Positions 1 through 7,229 are shown, counted from the first letter of the stretch. The stretch is DNA of 12,771 nt from Deferrisomatales bacterium (GCA_033551855.1 JAWSUI010000004.1:121277-134047), one strand, 5' to 3'. The notes: generated by a model from the letters alone, not told the origin. Numbers and translations are program-made.

Positions 1-13
1 GACGTCCGCCGGG

Positions 14-42
14 TTGACGGTGCCTCCGGGTGTTGGCAGGCT
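14..42 (+). promoter_or_regulatory. Possible sigma70-type promoter for the ferredoxin-AOR operon
   Basis: TTGACG (14-19), 17-bp spacer, then TG-n-CAGGCT (37-42). Good -35 but weak -10; lies 36 bp upstream of the TTG start. Confidence 0.3.
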
Positions 43-78
43 GGGGCCCGTGATCCACCGCGGTACTGGAGGCCCCCC

Positions 79-534
79 TTGGCCAAAGAGCGTGCCTCGA
101 AGATGCTGACCGCACCCCGGATGGAGCGGTGCATCGGCTGCCACTCCTGCTCGCTCGCCTGCGCGCGCCAGGTGCACCGGCGTCTTTCCTGGGACACGGC
201 GGGCATCCGCGTGGCCTCCTCCGGGGGGCTCACCTCGGGCTTCGAGGCGAAGACGTGCCTTGCCTGCAACCCCGCGCCCTGTGCCCGCGCCTGCCCCACC
301 GGCGCCTTCAAGCAGCGCGCCGGGGGAGGTGTCGTCGTCCGGAAAAAGCTCTGCATCCGGTGCGGCCGGTGTGCGGAGGTCTGTCCGGTCGACGCCGTCT
401 ACCTCGATCCGGCGGGAGAGCCCTTCGTCTGTCTCCACTGCGGCCGCTGCGTCCCCTTCTGTCCCCACGACTGCCTGGAGCTCGCTCCCGTCCCCGAGCG
501 CGCCTGCCTTGCCGGGCCGGAGGCGGCGCCGTGA
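79..534 (+). CDS. 4Fe-4S dicluster/DmsB-like ferredoxin subunit with four predicted [4Fe-4S] clusters, partner of AOR
   Basis: Cys motifs CIGCHSCSLAC, CLACNPAPCARACP, CIRCGRCAEVCP and CLHCGRCVPFCP. GGAGG at 68-72 precedes TTG79 (ATG103 is an alternative start). The stop overlaps the next start (GTGA). Confidence 0.92.
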   Translation: MAKERASKMLTAPRMERCIGCHSCSLACARQVHRRLSWDTAGIRVASSGGLTSGFEAKTCLACNPAPCARACPTGAFKQRAGGGVVVRKKLCIRCGRCAEVCPVDAVYLDPAGEPFVCLHCGRCVPFCPHDCLELAPVPERACLAGPEAAP

Positions 535-2279
535 TCCGAGATCACTTCCGGGTGCTGCGCATCGACCTCGCCTCGGGCCGGGGTGAGCTCCTGGAGCTCG
601 AGGGGCGCAACGAGGTCGCCGGCGGCAGCGGCCTCGCCGCCCTCCTCTTCGAGCGGTTCGTCAGGCTCGACCGCTCCTGGGACGACCCGGAGCAGCCCCT
701 GATCTTCGCGATCGGCCCGCTCACCGGCTACTTTCCCCTGATGAGCAAGACCGTCTGCGCCTTCCGCTCCCCCTACCACGACCAGTACGCGGAGAGCCAC
801 GCCGGCGGCCGGTCGGCGCTGGCGCTTCGGTTCGCGGACCTGGACGCCCTCGTCCTGACGGGGCAGGCCGCGTGCCCCTCTTGCCTGCTCGTCGGCTCGC
901 GCCAGCTCGAGCTGCGGGACGCCCACTACCTGTGGGGCACAGACGTCTTCAGTGCCGGCAAGGCGCTGCGCCGAATGTTTCGGGGCTCGGGGCACCGGAG
1001 CATCCTGCGGATCGGACCGGCCGGGGAGAACCGCTCGGCGATGGCCTGCATCAACGCGGACACGTATCGCCACTTCGGGCGGCTTGGCGGCGGTGCGGTG
1101 ATGGGCGCGAAGAACCTCAAGGCGCTCTGCCTGGTCGGCGACGCATCCTTCGAGCTCCCGGCGGGACGGGCATACAACGAGGTCTTCCAGGAGGTCCACC
1201 GCCAGGTGACCGCCACCGAGATGATGCGCAAGTACCACAACCTCGGGACGCCGGCGAACGTGGCCGTCCTGAACGGCCTCCGGGCGCTGCCCTGCCGGAA
1301 CCTCCAGCAGACGAGCGACCCCGCCGTGGAGGGAATCACCGGCGAGCGCTTCGCCGACGCGACGCTGCTCCGGAACTCCGCCTGCTCCGGGTGCCCGGTG
1401 GGCTGCATCCACGTCGGCTTCGTGCGGGAGAAGTTCATGGAGGACAATCGGTACCTGTACCGCCAGGTCGCCTACGATTTCGAGCCGATCTTCTCCCTGG
1501 GTTCGATGCTCGGCGTCTTCGACGCGTTTGCCGTGCTCGGGCTCCTCGACGCGGTCGAGCGGATGGGCCTCGACGCCATGTCCGCCGGCGTAGCCCTTGC
1601 CTGGGCGACCGAGGCCGCCGAGAAGAAGTTGGTGGGTGCGGCTGAAACGCTGGTCCCGCTCGCTTTCGGCGACGCGGAGAGCTACAAGGCCGCCGCGGGG
1701 CACCTGGCCCGGGGGACGAACGACTTCTACCGCCTCCTGGCCTCCGGCACGCGCCAGGCCGCGGCGCGCTACGGCGGCGCCGACTTCGCGTGCGTCCTGG
1801 GGCAGGAGACCGCGGGGTACGCGAGCGGCGAGGTCTTCTTCGTGGGCCAGGCGCTGGGCCTGCGGCACTCCCATCTCGACGTCGGAGGGTACAGCTACGA
1901 AGAAAAACACCCAGAGCGCGACGTCGGTGCCGCGGTGGCGTTCTTCGAAGCCGACGAGCGGGAACGGGCAGTCCTCACGTCGATGGTCGCCTGCCTGTTC
2001 GCCCGCGCCGTGTACACCGAAGCTCTCTTGGGCGAGTGCCTGGGGTCGGTGGGGTACGACAGCCTGGCCCGGGGACTGGGCGCCCTGGGGGGAGAGGTCC
2101 AGAAGAGACGCTGGCGGGCGCGGCTGGCCACCGGTTACGAGCCGGAGGGCATCACCATCCCCAAGCGGTTTGCCGAAGTGACGAACTGGAAGGGGGGCAT
2201 CGACGTCGGATTTCTGGGGAAACTCCAGGAAGCCTACGCGCGGCGGATCCGCGAGCTCGGGGCCGGGCCGCCGGCCTGA
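531..2279 (+). CDS. aor: Aldehyde:ferredoxin oxidoreductase family (W/Mo-bis-pterin) catalytic subunit, 582 aa
   Basis: True start is GTG531 (GGAGG 519-523; GTGA overlap), not 129. AOR-family motifs: LRIDL..G, GGSGLA, PLIFAIGPLTG, SP..ES.AGG, IGPAGEN, GRLGGGAVMGAKNLKA, CSGCPVGC, GLDAMSAG and distal VACLF Cys. Confidence 0.92.
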   Translation: MIRDHFRVLRIDLASGRGELLELEGRNEVAGGSGLAALLFERFVRLDRSWDDPEQPLIFAIGPLTGYFPLMSKTVCAFRSPYHDQYAESHAGGRSALALRFADLDALVLTGQAACPSCLLVGSRQLELRDAHYLWGTDVFSAGKALRRMFRGSGHRSILRIGPAGENRSAMACINADTYRHFGRLGGGAVMGAKNLKALCLVGDASFELPAGRAYNEVFQEVHRQVTATEMMRKYHNLGTPANVAVLNGLRALPCRNLQQTSDPAVEGITGERFADATLLRNSACSGCPVGCIHVGFVREKFMEDNRYLYRQVAYDFEPIFSLGSMLGVFDAFAVLGLLDAVERMGLDAMSAGVALAWATEAAEKKLVGAAETLVPLAFGDAESYKAAAGHLARGTNDFYRLLASGTRQAAARYGGADFACVLGQETAGYASGEVFFVGQALGLRHSHLDVGGYSYEEKHPERDVGAAVAFFEADERERAVLTSMVACLFARAVYTEALLGECLGSVGYDSLARGLGALGGEVQKRRWRARLATGYEPEGITIPKRFAEVTNWKGGIDVGFLGKLQEAYARRIRELGAGPPA

Positions 2280-2283
2280 GCTC
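2253..2283. other. GC-rich stem-loop spanning the AOR stop codon (possible pause, terminator or stability hairpin between convergent genes)
   Basis: GAGCTC-G-GGGCCGG-[GCCG]-CCGGCCT-GAGCTC, about 13 bp with one bulge. No U-tract follows. Confidence 0.35.
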
Positions 2284-2432
2284 CCGGGCCGTTCGCGGGG
2301 CACATTCCTCGACCCCGGGAAGCCTTGGCTCCGGCCGCGAGGCGCCTTTCCCGACAGCCGGGACGCTGGGTGGGTCGCCGCTCCTCCACCGAAGGGGGCT
2401 GACGACAGACCCGGGGGAGAGGCGGTCGGACC

Positions 2433-3953
2433 TCAGACTGCCAGGGCGGTGGGAAGGGGCGGGCCGTCGAAGCGGGGTCCGTGGGGGAAGGGGGGCGGCG
2501 CCCCTTGGGCGGTTTCGCCGAAGGACTGCCAGTTCCGGAACTCGGGGCTCGGTTCCGCCAGGTGAATCCGGTCCTTGCCCGAGCTCTTGGCCTCGTACAT
2601 GGCGCTGTCTGCGAGGTGAAGCAGGTCCTCATAGCAAGGCAGGTTTCTGTCGCAGAACGTGGCTACACCGATGCTCGCGGTGATGTGTGTTCCTCTTAGT
2701 TTCTCCACCGAGAGGTCCCGTATCAACTTCCCCACCCTGTGCGCGAAGATGTTCGCGCCGTTGCTGTCCGTGTTCGGCAACAGTATCGCAAACTCCTCGC
2801 CTCCATAGCGAAATGCTGTGTCGCTTTTGCGGAGGGTCTGTTGGATCAAATTGGCGATCTTCTTGATGACGACGTCTCCCGTAATGTGCCCATAACCGTC
2901 GTTTATGTTCTTGAAGTCGTCGATGTCCACAAAGACGCACGATAGCGCAGTGTTGTATCTGTGTGCCCTTGAAAACTCCTCTTCCATGCGCGTATGGCAG
3001 TATTGGTGATTGAAGAGACCCGTCAGGCTGTCTCGAATGACAAGGTCTTCCAGAAGCCTCTTGCTGGAATGAATGGCCTCGAAAAGTACCGCGTTCTCCA
3101 GCGCGTTTCCGGATATGTTTGCGACGACCTGGCACAACTTGAAGATCCTCTCCGTGATTCCCCCCTTCAGTGGCGAGGATGTCCTGAGGAAGAAGGATCC
3201 GATGACGTGCTGCTTCTTGATGATGGGCGCGACGAATATCGAGTTGTCGGACAGTCCTTTGATCCTTTCCCTCACCGGCTCCATGAGGGGGTTGCTCCCG
3301 ATGTCCTGCAGCACCACGGGCCGCTGCGTCGTCATGGCCCTTTCGATTTCCGGGTACTTTTCCAGATCGAGAAGGATCTCCTGATGTTCGGGGAGGTCGC
3401 TGCTCGCCTTCACGATCAGGTCCCCCTCGTCCGTCATGCAGATGATGGAGCAGCGCGATACGTCGATCGCCTTTGCCATTGTTTCGACGATGATGTTCAG
3501 GATTTTCTTCGGATTTCTCGTGACGGAGATGATCTCTGTCAGCTCCAATAGCAGGCGCAGATCGTTGTTGTCCAAGTCCGTGTAGTAGTTGTGAGTGCGC
3601 AGGTGCGCGTCGATCCTTGCCAATATCTCGCTCGCCACGATAGGTTTCATGACGTAGTCGTCGGCACCGGCGTGCAGGCCGTCGATGATGCCCTGTTTTT
3701 GCGAATGCTGCGACAATAAAACGAGCGGTATATACTTCGTTTCCTTGACCTCCTTCAATCGCAGGCAAACAGACGCTCCTTGTTGGTCCGGCATTTCCAT
3801 GTCCAACAGGATCAAGTCGGGCCGCTGTGCCTGGCACGAGGCGATGGCCTCCGCAGCGTCAGATGCCTCTGCAACGGTATGTTCACCGCTCAAAGCATCC
3901 TTCAATGTGTTGCGGGACAGGGGGTCGTGATCGATCAGGAGTATTCGCGGCAT
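2433..3953 (-). CDS. Response-regulator diguanylate cyclase (REC-GAF-GGDEF), 506 aa
   Basis: N-terminal receiver (DLILLDMEMP, GADDYVMKP) and central GAF-like region. GGDEF domain with DSLTGLFN, DIDDFKNINDGYGHITGD, I-site RKSD, GGEEF, TASIGVA and ADSAMYEAK. AAGGA RBS upstream of ATG. Confidence 0.93.
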   Translation of the reverse strand: MPRILLIDHDPLSRNTLKDALSGEHTVAEASDAAEAIASCQAQRPDLILLDMEMPDQQGASVCLRLKEVKETKYIPLVLLSQHSQKQGIIDGLHAGADDYVMKPIVASEILARIDAHLRTHNYYTDLDNNDLRLLLELTEIISVTRNPKKILNIIVETMAKAIDVSRCSIICMTDEGDLIVKASSDLPEHQEILLDLEKYPEIERAMTTQRPVVLQDIGSNPLMEPVRERIKGLSDNSIFVAPIIKKQHVIGSFFLRTSSPLKGGITERIFKLCQVVANISGNALENAVLFEAIHSSKRLLEDLVIRDSLTGLFNHQYCHTRMEEEFSRAHRYNTALSCVFVDIDDFKNINDGYGHITGDVVIKKIANLIQQTLRKSDTAFRYGGEEFAILLPNTDSNGANIFAHRVGKLIRDLSVEKLRGTHITASIGVATFCDRNLPCYEDLLHLADSAMYEAKSSGKDRIHLAEPSPEFRNWQSFGETAQGAPPPFPHGPRFDGPPLPTALAV

Positions 3954-4207
3954 CGCTGTCCTTTCCTGCTCACATCGGTGGAACCGCTACAGGGAGAGCT
4001 CGGGCGAGGCAGTTCTGCGAGGGGACGTCTGCCCGACCTGCGCCTCGCCATGGGCGACGGGAGGTCCCCCGTCCGACCGTGTCACCGGGGCATCGGCCCC
4101 GGCGGGGCTGGACGGCGCAAGGGCAGCAGAAACGGGGCACAGAAAGGGAGCCCGCCGGGGACCGTGACCGCCGCGGGGGCGGCGCCTGCGCACAGGGTGC
4201 CTCAGGG

Positions 4208-4222
4208 GCAGGGACCGTGCCT
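4208..4222 (-). promoter_or_regulatory. Putative sigma54 (-24/-12) promoter facing the diguanylate cyclase
   Basis: Minus strand AGGCACGGTCCCTGC versus consensus TGGCACG-N4-TTGC, with exact GG-N10-GC spacing; about 255 bp upstream of the ATG. Confidence 0.5.
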
Positions 4223-4355
4223 TCCTTCCGTGGAGCGCCATCGATCTCCCTCTCCGTTTGCCGGGGCCGTGTACCCCGCGGTGCCGGTGGACTTCGCTGA
4301 GAACCCCGCGAGCGCGTTCGATGGTGGGATCGGACGAGAGGGGCCGGTACTTTAG

Positions 4356-4506
4356 CAGGCCGTCGAAAAACGGCCTGCGGTGCGCCCCAAGGAGGGGGCG
4401 CCGAGTCTCGGAGCTTGAAAAGCGCAGTGATTCGTGAGGGTTTGAAGGGGCCGTCCCCGAGAGCCTTCACCGGAAAAACCCCGTGGAGGGGGTTTTCAGT
4501 ACCCTG
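4356..4506. mobile_element. MITE-like non-autonomous element (151 bp) with IS5/IS1182-style ends
   Basis: Left end CAGGCCGTCGAAAA; right end reverse-complements to CAGGGTACTGAAAA (9/14 identical). TAG flanks both sides (4353-4355 and 4507-4509). Several internal hairpins and no transposase ORF. Confidence 0.55.
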
Positions 4507-4611
4507 TAGGCTCAGCGCACGGCGGGGAGATGGTTGGCGGCGTTCGCGCCGGAAGCGGCCAGTAAGGTGGTCCCTCCGGAAGCTCAATGGGTCAATCAAG
4601 GGCAAGAACGA

Positions 4612-4682
4612 TCTCGCGCAGAGCCGCTGGGACGCAGAGGAATTCTTTGTCTTTCCCGGCGCCTCTGCGCCTCCGCGCGAGA
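4612..4682. repeat. REP-like imperfect palindrome built from 9-bp CGCAGAG-type units
   Basis: TCTCGCGCAGAGCCGCTGGGACGCAGAG (4612-4639) versus reverse complement of 4655-4682 TCTCGCGCGGAGGCGCAGAGGCGCCGGG: 21/28 identical, with a T-rich spacer. Confidence 0.6.
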
Positions 4683-4915
4683 ACACGATGGTTCCTCGCA
4701 CCCACAGAAACCCCGGAAGCTCCGTCTCGCTGTCTCCAACGACGGGGAATCTCTTTGCTTTCAAATTGCGCCGTGGGGCGGATCGTTTTGCACCGGGACT
4801 CTAGGCAGGCCCCGGCGCCCTCTCCTCATCGGATAACTCAGGTCCATCGGTCATTGTCTTGACGTTTGCCAATGATGCTGATAGAAGATTCCGGTCGGAG
4901 GCTCTGTTGTACTTT

Positions 4916-5113
4916 GCTTGCCGTTTCGGATGACGGCCGGAAGCGTGTGGATCTCGGTAACCCCCGGACCTACGGAGGCGGGTGCACGCCGGGAGAGGCC
5001 GATCAGGGAGGTGGCCCTGAAATGTATCGGCGGATCGGCCGATACGCTATGGGTCGGCTGATCTCATCGACGACGAGGCGGTCCCGGCGGGCTGTCTCCC
5101 CATCCGAACGGAT
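4916..5113 (+). ncRNA. Candidate structured cis-regulatory leader RNA upstream of the M23 peptidase (family unassigned)
   Basis: Nested helices: 4987-4994/5082-5089 (8 bp perfect), 4997-5004/5052-5059, hairpins 5005-5018 and 5024-5045 (8 bp perfect), and 5' hairpins 4920-4937 and 4963-4982. An alternative perfect pairing is 4997-5004/5033-5040. Confidence 0.4.
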
Positions 5114-5118
5114 ACCGC

Positions 5119-6471
5119 ATGGAAGATCTTTCCCGTCCCCTCGGCGCCGCGCCCGGCCGGAAGCTTCGCTGGGCCGGCCGGCTCGCATACGTGGCCGTCG
5201 CTCTGGCCGCCACCTTCGTCGCCTACTCGATCGGATATCGGCAGGCAGCCCCGAGGGTAGACGCGACCCTAAGCTCTGAGGCGGCTGAGCCGGCTGTCGA
5301 GGCCGTTGCCGAAAACCCCTCGCTTGCAGTGCCCGAGCCCCGACCGCCCGAAAGGCGGGTCCACCGGGGAACGGTCCGCCCGGGGGATACGGTGAGCGGG
5401 CTCCTTCGAGACCTCCTGAGCCCTCGAGAGATCCACGACTTGGCCAAGACCGCCGAGCGGGTGTTCCCCCTGACGCGGGTCGCGGCGGGACAACCCTATC
5501 GGCTCACCACGGTCGACGGCGTGCTGGAGAGCTTCACCTATGAGATCGACCGGGACGAGGAGCTCACGATCCTGCGGTGCGAGGACGGCGCCTTTTCCTG
5601 CAGCCGGGTTCCCATCGAGTACCGGGTGGAGACGGAGGTCGTGCAGGGGACGATCCGGTCGAGTCTCTTCGAGGCGGTGTCCCAGGCGGGGGAAGGACCT
5701 GAGTTGGCGGTCGGTCTGGCAGAGATCTTCGCCTGGGACATCGATTTCCTGCGCGACATCCGATCGGGCGACTCGTTCCAGATCCTGGTGGAGCGGCGGT
5801 TCCGTGAGGATGCGCCGGCGGGCTACGGTCGGATCCTGGCAGCTCAGTTCGTCAACCGCGGAGATACCTTCCACGCGGTCTGGTTCCAGGACGGTGAACG
5901 AGCCCCCGGGTACTACGACCTCGGGGGAAACAGCCTCCGGAAGGCCTTCCTCAAGGCACCGCTGACGTTTACCCGAATCTCCTCGGGGTTCACGAACAAG
6001 CGGTTCCATCCCATCACCAAGACCTGGAGGGCGCATCCGGCCATCGACTACGCGGCGCCGGCGGGCACACCGATCAAGACCGTGGGGGACGGGGTGGTTG
6101 CCGAGAGGGGCTTCACCTCCGGCAACGGCAACTATGTCCGGATCCGCCACAACGGCACGTATGAGACCCTCTACCTGCACATGAGCCGCTTCGCAAAAGG
6201 TCTGGCGAAAGGAAAGCGGGTCTCCCAGGGGCAAGTGATCGGGTACGTGGGCAGCACGGGATTGGCCACGGGCCCGCACCTGTGCTTTCGGATGTACCGA
6301 AACGGGGTGCCGATCAACCCGATGCGCCTCAAGTCTCCGTCGGCCGAGCCGGTCTCGACGGCGCGCATGGCAGAGTTCGAGGTGATGGCCCATCGGCTGA
6401 CGGCCCAGTTCGATCCCGAGCACCTGGAACAGGCCAGCCTGGGTTCTCGCGAGGAGATGGCGCTTCAATAG
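5119..6471 (+). CDS. Peptidoglycan DD-endopeptidase, M23 family (MepM/Csd3-like, N-terminal membrane anchor)
   Basis: TM segment LAYVAVALAATFVAYSIGY, LysM/OapA-like VRPGDTVSGLL and Csd3-like middle (FAWDIDFLRDIRSGDSF). M23 domain with RISSGF, RFHPI, HPAID (HxxxD), GNYVRIRH, YLHMS and VGSTGLATGPHLC. Confidence 0.92.
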   Translation: MEDLSRPLGAAPGRKLRWAGRLAYVAVALAATFVAYSIGYRQAAPRVDATLSSEAAEPAVEAVAENPSLAVPEPRPPERRVHRGTVRPGDTVSGLLRDLLSPREIHDLAKTAERVFPLTRVAAGQPYRLTTVDGVLESFTYEIDRDEELTILRCEDGAFSCSRVPIEYRVETEVVQGTIRSSLFEAVSQAGEGPELAVGLAEIFAWDIDFLRDIRSGDSFQILVERRFREDAPAGYGRILAAQFVNRGDTFHAVWFQDGERAPGYYDLGGNSLRKAFLKAPLTFTRISSGFTNKRFHPITKTWRAHPAIDYAAPAGTPIKTVGDGVVAERGFTSGNGNYVRIRHNGTYETLYLHMSRFAKGLAKGKRVSQGQVIGYVGSTGLATGPHLCFRMYRNGVPINPMRLKSPSAEPVSTARMAEFEVMAHRLTAQFDPEHLEQASLGSREEMALQ

Positions 6472-6521
6472 CTTCGGCCGGTCGGGGGATCCCTCTGCCT
6501 TCCACCCCTCGGCGCGGCGGG

Positions 6522-6746
6522 TCAGCGGTCCCCGAAGTAGTCGTCCAGGGCTTGCACCCTGCGCCGCACCGCCGTGAGGGAGATCGCCAGGGCCACCACC
6601 CACCCCACCAAGGTCCAGCCCAGCAGGATGTTGATGGCGCAGATGAGCCGCCGCAGGTGGTGCTGCCTCTCCATCGCCAGATAGGACGGAAGGAAGTACA
6701 GCACGACCGCCAACAGCACGAGGACTAGCTTTACGGGGAAACTCAT
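6522..6746 (-). CDS. Superinfection immunity protein (T4 Imm-like small membrane protein)
   Basis: Signature LYFLPSYLA..R.H.....I..INILLGWTLVGWVVAL; GGAGG RBS at 6754-6758 on the minus strand. Confidence 0.88.
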   Translation of the reverse strand: MSFPVKLVLVLLAVVLYFLPSYLAMERQHHLRRLICAINILLGWTLVGWVVALAISLTAVRRRVQALDDYFGDR

Positions 6747-6809
6747 CGCGAGTCCTCCGCCCCCGGCCTCTCCGGCGGGAGCGGGCGGGACGCCTCTTCA
6801 CGGAACCTC

Positions 6810-6836
6810 GGGCCACTCTACCCGAACGAGTGGACC
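6810..6836. promoter_or_regulatory. Inverted repeat with CIRCE-like core (CCACTC-N9-GAGTGG), possible operator upstream of the imm-like gene
   Basis: GGGCCACTC-TACCCGAAC-GAGTGGACC; overlaps a minus-strand TAGAGT -10-like hexamer (6815-6820). Confidence 0.3.
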
Positions 6837-7183
6837 AGCGAAAGGTCGGGCCACGGTCTGGATCCTCCGGCTGGTCGGCAAGCGGAGTCCGGGAGCCCCT
6901 GCGTTTCGCCCCGCAATCCGCGGCCATTCGAAGAAGTGTCCCGGCAGTCCCCGGTGCGCCGGGCTTCACCCGCTTGCGCCCGCCTCGTCGAGTCGGTGGA
7001 TGCGGTGCGGGGCTGCACTCCTGGGCTTCCGGACTCCGCCCCACAATGTGGTGGTGGTTTTTGGACGGCTCCGCCGGAACGGTCCGGGGACGAAGTCGGA
7101 GGGGGCCCTCGTGCCTGCGGGGTCTGCGGTCCCGGGAGGGGAGGCGTTGCGGGTCGCCTGGCCACCGGCTGCCGAGGCGGGCG

Positions 7184-7211
7184 TTGACACCGACCGGGTA
7201 CGGGGTACGCT
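7184..7211 (+). promoter_or_regulatory. Putative sigma70 promoter for the cytochrome c / response regulator pair
   Basis: TTGACA (7184-7189), 16-bp spacer, TACGCT (7206-7211), followed by SD AGGAGGT (7220-7226). Confidence 0.55.
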
Positions 7212-7229
7212 CGGGGGCGAGGAGGTGCA

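Noticed and set aside
129..530. N-terminal 134 aa of the 716-aa ORF
   Set aside because: Out-of-frame overlap with the ferredoxin gene. AOR similarity begins at GTG531, which has its own SD.
399..2303. Long antisense and alternate-frame ORFs (also 5269-7230, 6966-8285, 10140-11699, 10342-11835, 11921-12748)
   Set aside because: Shadow ORFs expected at high GC: Arg/Pro/Gly-rich, no motifs, overlapping well-supported genes.
2277..2330. Selenocysteine readthrough at TGA stops of the redox genes
   Set aside because: The TGA codons fall at natural domain ends or GTGA gene overlaps, and no Cys motif is interrupted.
2870..2935. Hypr-type GGDEF (3'3'-cGAMP synthase, GacA-like)
   Set aside because: The specificity position reads GHITGD (Asp), the canonical c-di-GMP signature, not Ser/Thr.
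3970..4862. ORFs in the large intergenic gap as a possible transposase or small proteins
   Set aside because: No DDE, HUH or other recognisable motif; they run through palindromic repeats.
4939..5030. tRNA-Sec-like start (GGAAGCGT...CGGT...CCGGAC) and glmS-like words (ATCGGCGGAT, GACGAGG)
   Set aside because: No TCA anticodon loop, T-arm or acceptor pairing. The glmS-like words are in the wrong order and lack the AGCGCC core.
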